From Mobula hypostoma (lineage: Eukaryota): a stretch of 64,000 nt of DNA. Position 1 is the stretch's first letter, and each line of letters starts with the position of its first letter. Both the position numbers and the translations under genes were made by a program. Below, piece by piece: positions 51,286 to 64,000 of the stretch. The notes under the pieces were generated by a model, which was not told the DNA's origin, searched no databases, and saw only the letters and a program-made list of their open reading frames with translations. The stretch spans positions 150,724,001-150,788,000 of the forward strand of contig NC_086097.1 in NCBI RefSeq assembly GCF_963921235.1, given 5' to 3'.

Positions 51286-52480
51286 CATTAACCAACCTTC
51301 CCACTAGGATATTAGTCCCCCTCCAGTTCAGATACAAACTGTCTCTTTTCTACATGTCCCACCTTCCCTGGAAGAGAGACCAATGATCCAAAAATCTCAT
51401 GCCCTTCCTTCTACACCAACTCCTTAGCTAAATGTTAAACTGTATAGTCTCCCTAGTTCTGTCCTCATTAACACATGCCACAAGTAGCAATCCTGAGATC
51501 ACAACCCTGGAGAACCTGCCCTTTAACTTAACACCTAACTCCCGAACTCTCTCTGCAGAACTTCATCACTTGTCCATGTCATTGGTATCTATGTGGACCC
51601 TCCCACTTGAGAATGCTGAGAACTCGATCCAGGATGTCCCAGGCTCTGGCACCCGGAGGCAACATACCATCCAGAAATTTTGTACTCGCCCACAGAATCT
51701 CCCATACATTCCCGTAACTAACGAATCCCCTATCACCACAGTGTTCCTCTTCTTCCCCACTTCCTTTCTGAGTCATAGAGGCAGACTTAGTGCCAGAGAC
51801 CTGACCACTGTGACTTTCCTCTGTGAAGTCAACACCCGCAACAGTATCCAAAGTGATGTTCAGGGGGATGCCACAGAGATACTCTGCACTAGCTCCTTAA
51901 CCCCTTTCCCCTTCCGGACTGTCACCCAGTTTCCTTGCGTGTAACTAACTATCACCCCTTCAGCCTCCCGAATGATCTAGAGTTCATCCAGTTCCAGCTC
52001 CAACTCCTGAACACGGTTTGTTAGAAGCTGCAGCTGGATGCACTTCTCGCAGTTGTAGTCATCAGAGACATAGGAGGTCTCCCTACCTTCCCACATCCTG
52101 CAAGAGGAGCATTCAACTATTCTGCTTGGCATCTCTACTGTCCTAGCTGAACAGATATCAAGAAGGGAAGGAAAAAAAATGACTAAAATGTTGCTTTCTC
52201 TAATTGAAGCCTCTCTTCACTGAAGCCTCAAGATCACCGTTCTAACTCTGTCCACTCAGACGGTGGCCGCTGTGCCCACCCCATCTACCTTTAATTTGCT
52301 CTTGCTAATCCATCTCAAACATGGATTGGTCGCTGGTCAATGCTCTATTATGGTGCTGCAACTGCTGCTCCCTTTTTCTACTTGGGCAGTGGACCTGAGT
52401 GAAATCCCATCCTCTCAAACTTCTGATGTCTGAATTGGTTGCTGGTCTAAGCTCGATAAGCTCATAAATTCCTCAGATCT
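51286..52480 (-). mobile_element. CR1 ORF1 (SGNH esterase-like) and 5' region remnant
   Basis: ORF RNTVVIGDSLVTG...FCG...MVCCL...VHIDTND. Confidence 0.8.
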
Positions 52481-52818
52481 TCAATTTTCTTTAAATGAAG
52501 AAGTAAGTAAAATTATGGCACAAGAAGAAGACACTTGGCCCGTTGGCACCACTGTGGCCAATATTTCGAGTTCTCCCACTTCCTAGCTCTAGACCGTCAC
52601 TTTGTAGTTAATGCATTTCAAGTGCACGCCCTGTTTTCAAATGCAGTGAGTGGGCCTGTATCTACCACCTCAGCAAATGAATTCCAGACACCAATTCTTG
52701 TTGAGTGAAAAAAAACCTCTCCCTTTTGTAAGCATTTCTTAGGCTCCCTAGATCTTGCCATTGCAAAGGAGAATACATCCATACTTTGCCGTCTTTCTAA
52801 GTGAATTATAATTCAATA

Positions 52819-52943
52819 CGAAGCAACACACACAAAATGCTGGAGGAACTCAGCAGGCCAGGCAGCATCTATGGAAAAGAGTAAACAGTTGATGTTTCGG
52901 GCTGAGGCTTTGGATCTGCAGCATCTGCAGATTTTCTTGTGTA
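52819..52943. mobile_element. Penelope-like pLTR fragment with an internal inversion
   Basis: TSD TATAATTCAATA at 52807-52818 and 52944-52955. Orientation switches at about 52900. Confidence 0.8.
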
Positions 52944-53465
52944 TATAATTCAATAGATCTCAGTTAAACTTTTCCTCGGTCTACATAATATAAATAATTT
53001 ACCACTAGCTGAGCAAGCCTCTCTTCCTAACAATTATTCTTCAGCACTGGCAATATCCCCATAAATTTCCTTTGCATTGTCTCCAATGTTATCATATCCT
53101 AAGTATATTCCAGATAGAGATTAACATATTTTTTGATATTAAAGAAATTAAAACAAACCGGGTTAATACAAGAAAGTGATACCAAGGGAAAAGATCATCC
53201 GAGAACTTCTTTTGAACAGTAGCATGGGCTAAATGGCCTAATCTTGCTTCCATGTTTTATGTTCTAATGTTGTTATGTTTTATTGTACAGTAGAAGAGGG
53301 TAAATGATGATGTGCTGATAATTGTAAAGTATCCAGTGATAATAGATGTCAAATGAAGGCAAATTATGCTTGGGAACCCCTCCACCCCACACACACAAGC
53401 ACACGTGGAAACACTAATGTACGTAGAGTCATACAGTTATAAAACACTACAGCACAGAAATAGGC

Positions 53466-53705
53466 TCCATGATGAGGCCACCATCAGGGTGGGGGAGCGA
53501 CACCTTCTAATCAGTCTGCGTATCCTCTATTCTGATGGAATGAATATCGATTTCTCCTATTAAAAAGAAGTTCCCTCATCAACTTTCTTCTTCTATTCCC
53601 CATTCTGGCCTCTTACCTGCCTATCATCTCCCCCTAATGTCCCTGCTTTTTTCCTTTCTCCCATGGTCCACCCTCCTCTCCTATCTTTTCTTTTTACCAG
53701 GGCTT
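53466..53705 (+). mobile_element. Penelope-like endonuclease C-terminal remnant
   Basis: HDEATIRVGERHLLISLRILYSDGMNIDFS followed by a pyrimidine-rich UTR. Confidence 0.75.
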
Positions 53706-54430
53706 CTTCCTTGCCACTCTTTCTGTAAATACCTTTTATGTGCAAGGCCTTAGAGATTGTGAAGCCACGAACTTCATCTCCATTTGCAGCCACTGACCGC
53801 AGCAGCTCACTCAGAGTGACTGTTGGGGTCACAGTACCCTCTCTTACAAGTGCTGTTCTTCTCTGGTGACTAAGTTTAGAGGGGAGGACTGATCTGGGCA
53901 GTGTGGCTGTGGTTTCAGATTTTTTTCCTCTTTTTCATGGTGGATTGTATTGAGCATGTTGGGTGCCTTTGCAATGGTCTTGTACCCTTCCCCAGATTTG
54001 TGCTTCTCTTTTGTCATTTCCCTGGCTTGTCTTGAATGCTCTTTCGTCTTCATTTTGGTTTGGTCTATTGAAAATCTACCGTAGTGTTGAACCTTACAGA
54101 GGAGAAGGGGGTATTTGTTTTTATGAATTCATTCAAAACAGATGCAACATATTGAGTGAGTTGGTAAGGTAATACCATATATTGCACCTAAGGAAAGTTA
54201 GCATAGTAATTACAAAGGGGATGAATATTTTTCCAATCTCAGAATTTTGGTTTTTAAGTTTTAATAAATTGTTGACAGGTTTTGGAATTTTTTTTTCTTT
54301 TGATTTGACATGATGCACAATGTTTTGTAGATTAGCTAAAAAATTCCTACTTCAATATATTTTAAATTTAGAAAATGAGACAGTAAACTGTACAAATAGC
54401 TGCAGGGGCTGAATACTTTTTCAAGGTATC
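53706..54430 (-). mobile_element. Tc1-like transposon 5' remnant
   Basis: ORF MKTKEHSRQAREMTKEKHKSGEGYKTIAKA. Confidence 0.85.
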
Positions 54431-56880
54431 CACCCAATTTGCTCCAAGACCGCAAACACCTCTTCCTCTGTAATCTGCTTCTGGGTCCATGGCCTTGCTG
54501 ATGCTTTCTCACTTCTCTAGACACTATGTCTGTCCCCCAAGTAAATATAAATGTGAAAAATCCTTTTAAGATCTCCCCATATTTTTTGGCTCCATGCATA
54601 GTTTAGCACTCTGATCTTCCAAAGGAACAGTTTTGTCTGTTATCCTTTTGCTCTTTATCTACATGTAGAAGCCCTTAGGATTCTCCTTCACCTTGTCTGC
54701 CAGAGCAATATCATGTCTTCTTTTAGCCCTCCTGATTCCTTTAAGTATTCTCTTGCATTTCTCTACTCTTCAAGTACCTTTTCCTACCTGCCTATATCTG
54801 CTATGTATCTCCTTCTTCTTCATAACCATGGCCTCAATATTTATTAAAACGAAGGTTTCATAAAGATTCTTTGCCTTTTATTCTGACAGAAATATACAAA
54901 CTCTGATCTCAAAACATCACTTTTGAAGGCCTTCCGCTTACCAAGTACACTTTTTGCCAGAAATTTACTGGTCCCAATCCACACTTATCATCATCATCAG
55001 GGACCCACGCCACTCACGTCCTGCTCCTTTCTCACCGCTGCCATCAGGAAGAAGGTACAGGAGCCTCAGGACTCACACCACCAAGTTCAGGAATAATTAC
55101 TACCCCTCAGCCATCAGGCTCTTGAACCAAGGGGATAACTTCACTCATCTTCACTTACCCCATCATTGAAATGGTCCCACAACCAATGGACTCACTTTCA
55201 GTGAGTCTTCATCTCATGTTCTCAATATTTATTGCTTATTTATTCCTTATAATTATTTCGTTCTTTTTATATTTGCACAGTTTGTGTCTTTTGCATACTG
55301 GTTGAATGTTCAAGTTGGTGGAGTCTTTCCTTGATTCTATCGTGGTTTATCCTATTGTGGATTTATTGAGAATGCCCACAAGAAAATGAATCTCAGAGTT
55401 GTATATGGTAACTTATATGCACTTTGATAATTAATTTAGTTTGAACTTTCAACTTGAAATATCCTTTCTGATACCATCAAAATTGGCCTTTTTCCAATTC
55501 CAAATCTCAACCTGAGGACCCGACCTAACCTTTTCCAAAATTACCTTGAAACTAATGGCATTATGATCACAAGAATCCCACTCTCTCCAGTTGGGACTTC
55601 TATGTACTGGTTATGGAAACTTTCCTGACCACATTTGACAACTCTTTCCCATTCAGCCCTTATACAGTATGGGAGTCCCAATCAATATGTGGAAAGTTAA
55701 AATCAACTACTATCATAACCTTATCTTTCTTTTAATTGTCTGTGATCTTTCTACAAATTTGTTCCTCTAAATCCTGCGAATTGTTGGGTGGTCTGTAACA
55801 TGGTCATACCTTTCTTATTTCACAGTTCTACCCATAATGCCTCACTAGACAAGTGGTCAATGAGAGCGCGATTTCAACGTTTGGTTCCCCCCCCCGCCAC
55901 TCTAGTTTAAACATCCTCCCCCCTCCCCCACCCCTGCCATGCGGCACTAGCAAACCTTCCCACTAGGATATTAGTCCCTCTATTTCAGGCGTAAACGCTC
56001 CCTTCTTTACAGGTCCCATCTTCCCTGGAAGAGAGTCCATTGATCCAAAAATCTTATGTCTTTCCTTCTGCATCCCTCCTTAGCCTGTGTAAAAGGTATG
56101 ACATTCCTGTTTCTGCACCCCCTCCTTAGCCTGTGTAAAATGTGTGATATTCCTTTTTCTGCACCCCCTCCTTAGCCTGTGTAAAATGTGTGATATTCCT
56201 TTTTCTGCACCCCTCCTTAGCCTGTGTAAAATGACTGATATTTCTATTTCTGGCCTCACTAGCACTTGGCATAGCTAGCAATCTCAAGGTCACAACTCTG
56301 GAAGTCCTGTCTTTTAACTTAGCATCTAACTCCCTTAACCCACTTTGCAGAACCTCATCACCCTTGGCACCCATGGCATTGGTATCAATGTGGACTGCAG
56401 CCTCCCATTTAAGAATGCTGTGACCCTGGCACCTGGGATTTAACATACCATCCGGGATCTCGTTCTTTTCCACAGAACCTTCTTTCTGTTCCCCTAAACA
56501 ATGAATACCCTGTCACTACAGCTCACCTCTTCTCCCACTTCCCTTCTGAGCCACAGAGTCAAACTCAGTACCAGAGATCTGACTGGTGTGGTTTTGCTCT
56601 GCTAGATCTTCCTCACCGCCCCAACAGTATCCAAAGTGGTGTACCTGACGTTGAGGGGAGCAGGCGTAGTGGTACTCTGCACTGGCTGCCTATCTTTTGA
56701 TTTCATTCAGTTCCAGCTCCAAAACCTCAATACGGTCTGTTAGAAGCTCTTCTTGCAGTTGATGTCATCACGAACACTGGAGATGTCCCCACCTTCCCAC
56801 ATCCCACATCCCACATCCCACAAGAGGAGCATTACACTATACAGCCTGGCATACCTACTGCTCTAAATGTGGAATAAGGA
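54431..56880 (-). mobile_element. Degenerate CR1 (ORF1 to ORF2 N-terminus) interrupted by a Rex 3' end (about 54990-55450, plus strand)
   Basis: ORF 56126-56473 (VHIDTNAMG...LRELDAKLKDRTSRVV). The insert encodes IIRDPRH..FSPLPSGRRYRSLR. Confidence 0.75.
56066..56245. repeat. Minisatellite, about 46-bp unit x4
   Basis: TTCTGCACCCC(C)TCCTTAGCCTGTGTAAAATGTGTGATATTCCTTT units start at 56066, 56111, 56157 and 56203. Confidence 0.92.
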
Positions 56881-57628
56881 AGAAAGAATAAATAATACAA
56901 AAATGCTCTCTATCTTACAACAAAAAGGAGGTTGCCAATCATTATCTAGACTTACGCATGAGAAGCAGCTGTCAACCATGAAACTGGTCTTAATTGAATA
57001 CTAATTTATCAGATCATTTGTTAGTGAAAAGTAAATTTAAACTAGATTTTCGTATATATTATTTACTAAAGCATAATTCACCAATCTCTGATATGATGGA
57101 AATTTGCAGAACTAGATGCCGAATCTGTAAATGAGCATACCTTAATTCACAAACAAACATTGGTAGTTAATCTATTTGGCAAACAGCTAATTAGTGTAGT
57201 TCTGTTTAAGAGCTCAGCTACAAAAGATACCTCTGACAATTCAGTGCACCAAGGGTAATATTAAATTTCCTTAGAATTTATAACTGGGAAATTTATTTTC
57301 ATCCCATTTTGCAACAAACCTTTTTTATGGTGTTTGAGTTTGAATCTTACAAGTGTCTTGTTAAACATTGTAAGACTTCAGTAAGTTAATCAAATCAGGT
57401 TCCTGCAGTGCACATTGCTCATGAAACTTGACATAAAAGCAGGGTGAAAGCCTCTACCTTGAGAAGGTATGTGGATTTAATAGGTCACTATGGGCCAGGA
57501 AAAAGAGAAGGTGTGTGGTCATGGTCCTCTGAAGTAAGATAACCTTCAGCCTACCTATACTGATCACTTCCATTCATTTGCCTACTCTGATTGTTAACCT
57601 TTCCCTATCCCATTTTGAACATCAAAAA

Positions 57629-57855
57629 ATCCCAAAGCTCTGCGATAAAAACAGAAAATACTGGATGCACCCATCACCCTTTGGAAAGAATCAGAGTTGA
57701 ATGTTCTCCCTGTGACCCCGTGCATTTCCTCTGGTTGCTCTGATCCCGAAGCTCTGCGATAAAAACAGAAAATATTGGATGCACCCTTCACCCTTCGGAA
57801 AGAATCAGAGTTGAATGTTCTCCATGTGACTCCGTGCATTTCCTCTGGTTGCTCT
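57629..57855. repeat. 114-bp tandem duplication
   Basis: Two units start at 57629 and 57743 and differ by a few substitutions. Confidence 0.92.
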
Positions 57856-58059
57856 AGTTTTCTCCCCCGTTCCAAAGGCTTATGGGTTACTAGGTTAATT
57901 GGTTACATGGGTGTGATTGGGTGGCATGGGCTCGTTGGGCCGGAAGAGGATCTTACTGCGCTGTAAATCTAAGCAAAAATAAAATAAATAATAATAATAT
58001 TTTGAGTTGAAGACTCTGGATCAGACAGGAGGAAGAGAGGGAAGGATCTGATTAGGGGG

Positions 58060-59510
58060 TTTCAACCTGGCCTTCATCAGCAAGTGTTTTGAGGACTGTG
58101 TACCAAAGCAGACAATAAAAGTATTCCCAAGCCAGAAAACGTGAATGAACCAGATTTACTACCTACTGCAGTTCAGGAATGCAGTATTTAAATCAAGTGA
58201 CACTGACATAGAGAAGTAATTGAGATATAATCTCCATCAGGCGATCAGGGATGACAAGACCCCAGAGTGAGTCCCAGACCAGCTATCAGTCGTGACAGGG
58301 CTTATGTTGCTATAATGGGCCACGAGACAAAGTCAGGCAGCATTGCCGACCACAGCGCATCCCTTCCTGCTGAGCTTAATGCATTCTATGCACACCTTGG
58401 ACAGAAGAGGATTGAAATGTCACCACCTACTCTGACAATCTCCAGTACAAAACCCCCAGCCATCACTGCAGACACAAGATCACTCTTCCAGAGTATGAAC
58501 CTGTCCAAAGGACCTGGCCCGGATGGTGTTCATGATTGTGTTCTTAGATCAAATACAGCTCAGCTGTCAAGGGTATTTGCAGATATTTTTACCCCCTCCC
58601 TGCTTCAGGCTGTAGTTCCCATCTGATTTAAGATTGGAACTATCATCCTGGTACCTAAGAATAACAAAGAAACATGCTTTAATGATTAAAGCCCATCCTA
58701 CATCCTCCATCATGAGGTGTTTTGAGAGACTTATCATGGTACACATTAATTTCAGTTTCCCAGGCAACTTGACTGATGGTAATTCACCTACTGCCGAAAT
58801 AGGTTTACGGTGGACACCATCTCCCTCGCGCTATACTCACCTCTGGAACATCTGGGCAGTGAAGGCATCTATATTAGACTTTTGTTTAATGACTATAGCT
58901 CCTTCGGTACTATAATTCCAAGCAAGCTTTTCTCCAAACCCTTAGATCTTACGTCCTGTTGAAACTGTATCCTTGGCACCCTGACCAACAGGCTGCAGTC
59001 AGGATACACAACAACACCTCTGCCATAATTATTCTCAACAGTGGTGCCCCACAAGGTGGAATCCTCAGCCCCTCTTCTACTTCCTATACAGTCATGACTG
59101 TGTACCCGATTCTGCTCTAAACCTTTCGCTGTCTAAGTAGAGCAGCCAACATAATCAAAAATTCCACCCATTCTGGACATTCTCTCTCCTCTTCCCCCAC
59201 TGGGCAGAGATATAAAAGACTGAAAGCATATACCACCCTGCCTAAAGACAGCTTCTATCTCACTGCTGTAACATTATTGGATGATTCCCTAGTATGATAA
59301 GGTGGAGTCTCGACCTCACAATCTACCTCATTATGACCTTATTGTCTGCCTGCCCTTTACTTTCTCTGTAACACTTTATTCTGCACTCACTTATTGTTCA
59401 CCAATGTTCTATCTGAATGCACTGTAGTAATAAAATAATCGAAATAATAATCTCTATGCTAGTTAGGTGTTTCATTGCACCTCAGTACATGTGACAATAA
59501 TAAACCCATT
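58060..59510 (+). mobile_element. Degenerate Rex1/Babar LINE
   Basis: ORFs SLPAELNAFYAH...KGPGPDGV...QLSRVFADIF and TSSIMRCFERL. Confidence 0.85.
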
Positions 59511-59779
59511 TACCAACTTATCAATTGTTGTTATTCTGCTGCTCTAAGCAGTGTAAGCCTGATCATTCAAATGAGATCAGTAACACTGTTTAAGGGAGTA
59601 CATGCATGTAAATGGCTCACTTTTTTATTGTAACTTTATCTTAATAGTTTTAATTCATTTCTAATGCTATGCTTTAAATTAAACAGCATTTTACTTCTCT
59701 CTATTTTAAACTATTTAAAATTAAGTTTAATTGTCTCATTTGAAAGTCTTTGTTAAAAGACCATTAGGGCTTTTATTAA

Positions 59780-60110
59780 GGGCAGCGTGGTAGCTTAGCG
59801 ATCAGCATAATGCTTTAAAGCGCCTGTGATTGGGGTTCATTTCCTGCTGCTTCTATAAAAGGAGCTTGTGTGTTCTCCTCTAGACCATGTGGGTTCCCTT
59901 CAGGTGCTCCAGTTTCCTCCCAGATTCCAGAGATGTACGGGTTAGTGTTAGTAAGTTGTGGGCATTCTACGTTGGTGCTGGAAGCATGGCGACAGTTGCG
60001 GGCTGCCCCCCAGCACATCCTCAGACTGTGTTGGTCGTTGACACAAATGGTGCATTTCACTAAAAGTTTCAATGATACAATGTACATGTGGCAAATAAAG
60101 CTAATCTTTA
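59780..60110 (+). mobile_element. tRNA-derived V-SINE
   Basis: A-box-like TAGCTTAGCGA, B-box-like GGTTCATTTCC, V-domain-like GTGGGTTCCCTTCAGGTGCTCCAGTTTCCTCCCA. Confidence 0.75.
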
Positions 60111-60895
60111 TATCCTTGCTAGGGTGTTATGAGGATGTGCAGGGGCATGTTCTCAGGGTACCCTCCTGCTCATTCACTCTCAGTTACAGTGAGTTGGTTC
60201 AGCAGACACTCCATTACCAGAACAGGCTCTTGTGGGTAGACTCCACAAGCATATTAAAAGAAAGTGCTTCAACTACTCAGCCTGGAGGGAAAATAATGAA
60301 AAGGAAAAGTTGATTGATTCTCCTCTCCATTAAGGATTTTCACTCTGCTTAAAAGCATTTTCAGATCTGGTATGTCACAAATGACTTTTGAATTTGTATA
60401 GATGCTCAGTGGAGCGTGTTCTGCCTGGTTGCGTTACAGCCTGGTCTGGAGTCTCTGAAGCACAGCATCGCAGGAGGCTGTAAACTCAGCCAGGTCCACT
60501 ACAGGTGTGACCTTCCCTACCATCGAGGACATCTTCAAGAGGCAGTGCCTCAGGAAGGGGGCATCCATCACTAAAGACCCTCAGCATCCGAGACATGCAC
60601 TCTTTTCAGTACAACCGTCATACAGGAGCCTGAAGACCCACACTCAATGATCCTGAAACAGCTTCTTCCCACCAACATCAATTTCTGAATGGTCCATGAG
60701 CCCATGAGCCCATGAACACCACCTTGTTATTCCCTTTTTCCCCATTATTTATTTATTTTCATAATTTTTTTTTTTAGATTAGATTATGAGGACACGCAGT
60801 CCTCTTTTATTGTCATTTAATAATGCATGCATTAAGAAATGATACAATATTCCTTCGATGTGATGTCACAGAAACACAAGACAGACCAAGACTGA

Positions 60896-62438
60896 TGTAA
60901 AGGGGTTTTGTCTTTTATGTTACTGTGTAGGCTAATTAAAATGGCTTCTTTGTTATGTTATACTTGGGAATGCTTCTTTGTTATGTTAAACGCTGAGAAA
61001 GTTCTTGCGCTGGTAGTTTGTTTTGGATTATCTACTGGTAAGAGGACAAATGAACCAATTGGGTTAGTTGTTATGCCTGTGGGGTGTCTGTAAGAGATTG
61101 TATGCGCGGGGTTTTGGGGGAGAAGACGGGAGAGAGAGACAGAGGATGGACCAGGTGCTGTGAGTCCGCTAACCGGGTCGAACCCCAAGGAGGGTGTTCG
61201 GCGAGGAGAGGAGACGGAGACGGACTCGTGTGGAGCGTCTGGTTGACCACCGTTGTTGGTCCCAGGCGGCTGGTCGAGGTGGTCCAAGGGGTCACAGGGT
61301 GAAGAAGAAGAGTCCTGAGCTCCAGCTGTTTGTGCACGAAGAGATTGAACTTTGATAAGTGTGGCACCTTTTATTTTCCTTTTATATTTTATTCTCTATT
61401 AATTATATAGTTCCAGTAATATCTATAAACTATAAATCATTTAATCGTATCTGGTGTATTGTCTGTTATTTGGGCGGGGTGGGGTACATCACACAGCATC
61501 CACATGAACTAATTACCCGGTTTGGCAGGGCCGAGGGCTGTTTCCATAGACGACAGCAAGCTGAGCGACCCTGAGGGTGGCCAGAGGGGCTACATTGTGT
61601 GTGGGCTTTCGTCCGGAATTGGATCCACTGTTATGCTGTGTGGTTGCCCTTTTTAAATCTGTAATGTGTGTCTCTGTGGGTTATTTGCTGGTTATTGCTG
61701 TATGTGTGGTGGGTGTGGTCTTTGTTCAAGTTCAGACTAGCATTGACGAGTTGGAGGTGGCATTCGGGGCTGTCCATGCTGTTGGGAGACAGAGGAAAGA
61801 GTGGTCTGATTTGGAGGTAGGGTCTGCGAATAAATGTTCTAGCTCTAGCCAAGAGGGGCGGAGGCGTGCGAGACGTGGGCGGTGCGGACCTTTCAGTTGT
61901 TAGATGAGTGACAGTGCTCCAGTGAGGGAGAGCGGCAGGGATTGGTTGAAAGTTTGAGTAGGCGGGCTGGTGATGGTGTTAGAGCTGTCAGGTTCACTTA
62001 CACCGTAGTGACAACTGTCAGTTATTTGAAAGAAGGGGGAAAGTTTTCAGTGTGTCTTCTCTGGCTAGGAGGGGGGCTAAATTGCTTGCAGTGCCAGGGG
62101 GATCATTTCAGGGGATCAGCCCCTCCTTCAGTTGTTCAGCTGATCAGAGAGGTGTCGGGAAACTTAGTGGAGGCCCAGTGGGGGAACGGCTTGGGGTCTC
62201 TGGGGAAGCATGTTCCCAGCAATGTACCAATGAACTTCCGAAAGGAAAAGACCCTATTCCTGAAGGCTTAGAGGGACCACGCCCCAGGGTGTCGTTACGG
62301 ATAGAGGGAAGCGATGCTAAAGCCATCCTCGACCCCAGGGTGCAGGTCAAGTTGTTGTACAGTTTGTTTTGCAACCGATGTCTGAAGCATTTACCCTTGA
62401 CAACCGCAAGGGCACCGGAGATTTTGGGTGCCAGTAGT
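60896..62438 (+). mobile_element. Gypsy-type LTR retrotransposon remnant (LTR about 60896-61594 plus decayed gag/protease)
   Basis: TGT...ACA-bounded LTR-like block, decayed Zn knuckle (CLQCQGDH) and aspartic-protease-like [21 protein letters not shown]. Inserted in another repeat (about 60770-62945). Confidence 0.75.
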
Positions 62439-63111
62439 TAAACTAACAAAAACCACATAATTATAACATATAGTTACAACAGTGCAACAATACCAAAATT
62501 TAATGAAGAACAGGCCATGGTCACAGTAAAAAAGTTCAAAGTTTCTCGAAAATCCCACATCTCACGCAGACGGGAGAAGGAAGAAAACTCTCCCTGCTAT
62601 GCCCGACCACAGTCCAACTCTGAGTCGTCTGAAAACTTCAAGCCTCCGATCAACCCTCCGACACCAAGTACCGAGCACCATCTCTGCCGAACGCTTCGAC
62701 CCCAGCCTTGGTCACCAGCAGCAAGCAAAGCCGGGGATTTTGGGGCCTTCCCTCCGGAGATTCTCGATCACACAGTAGCAGCAGCAGCGAACCGGGCATT
62801 TCAGAAGTTTTCTCCAGATGTTCCTCTGTGCATCTCACATCTGTCTCCATCAAAGCAGAATTGTGCACGGCATCCTACTTACAAATACGATATCATTTCA
62901 CCGGAGAGCTGCGCACACTGCGTCACGCCGCATCTTCTCCTCCCGTCTAATTTATAATAATTTTATGCTTTTATACTGTACTGCTGCCACAAAACAGCAA
63001 ATTTTATATTGCATAAATTAGTGATAATAAGTCTGATTCTGATACTTTTTATTTCAAATCTCCAGCATTCACATTATCTTGATTTTGCAATATACTACAT
63101 ATTTGTTGTTT

Positions 63112-64000
63112 CTTTTTTTTTAATTTTATTTTTATTTGAATAAGGAGTTCACAATTATCATGTACCTTTTTCACACATATAACCTTTTCCATTTTTTTAT
63201 ATGTATAAAACTACAATTATTTATACATTCTTAAGTACACATTGAGATGATATAAAAGCAAAATAAACATTTAAATAGATAATTATGTACTGTGGTAAAT
63301 CTAACCTATTAGGCTAAGTAATGAAATTAGTTGTTAAGAAAAATGGTAATAATAGTTTCCATACAACCCTTCTGGACCATTTCCACTGGTCCAAAATGTT
63401 GCATACAAGCCTATATACCAACCATTGTAGGCGTTTATATCCCAATTTGTTCGTGCTTGTTCCTGCCCGCAGACATAATTATCCAATCCCTATGTACTTA
63501 TTTACTTAATTTTTTCATTTTTTTTTAATCCCTTTCCCAAATCTTTCCCTTTACTTGTGTTAATTCTCTATTTTCCAAAAAAAAACAACAAACATTTAGA
63601 CTAGGGGTGCTTACCTTAGCAATATTACTGTGTTGATGAGAAGAGCGATATAAATCATTAGGAGAGTCATCTAAAGTCTGCTCGCATTGGGGTTATATAT
63701 TCAATCCATTTATTCCAGATTTGATAAAATGTTTCTTTTTGAGTTCTCAGGGAGTAGGTCAACTTTTCCATTTTAAATATTTCCAAGATAATTTCGTACC
63801 AATCTTCTAATGTAGGTGGTATTGGATTTAGCCATTTTCTAGTGATTGATTTCTTACTTGCCGCTAAGAGGGCCTGCAGCAACTTTATATCTTCCTTCTG
63901 TTCAAGGAACAATACATGCCCCAAATAGAGCGTCTCAAAGTTCAGAGGTATCTGGGACCTAAGTACCTTAACTAATGTTCTATGAATACCTTCCCAAAAT
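63112..64000 (-). mobile_element. L1-clade LINE 3' end (ORF2 C-terminus, 3' UTR, poly-A), running off the window
   Basis: ORF LLAASKKSITRKWLNPIPPTLEDW...MEKLTYSLR...FYQIWNKW; T-tract at 63112-63121. Confidence 0.88.

Noticed and set aside
56066..56245. CRISPR-like array
   Set aside because: The units are contiguous with no unique spacers, there are no cas genes, and the context is eukaryotic.

Overview
Eukaryotic, AT-rich, CpG-depleted, repeat-dense vertebrate DNA. The repeat mix (CR1, Rex1/Babar, Penelope-like, V-SINE and Deu-type SINEs) suggests a cartilaginous fish, probably a ray; this is an inference. I found no recognisable host protein-coding exon, and every identifiable ORF is a transposon fragment (CR1, Rex1, RTE, L1, Gypsy, Penelope GIY-YIG, pogo/Tigger, hAT, Tc1). 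A CpG-rich, CCAAT/GC-box promoter-like island at about 46.8-47.6 kb suggests the left part may be a long intron. The best signal is catalytic RNA in retroelements. Short Penelope-like terminal-repeat insertions carry minimal type I hammerhead ribozymes (two intact at 10180-10265). They form near-perfect fold-back palindromes with 12-15 bp target-site duplications, breakpoints clustered at the ribozyme and an unpaired 34-35 nt tail. A decayed HDV-like ribozyme fold lies at the 5' end of an RTE-type fragment (27.0-27.2 kb). Boundaries of old repeats are approximate.
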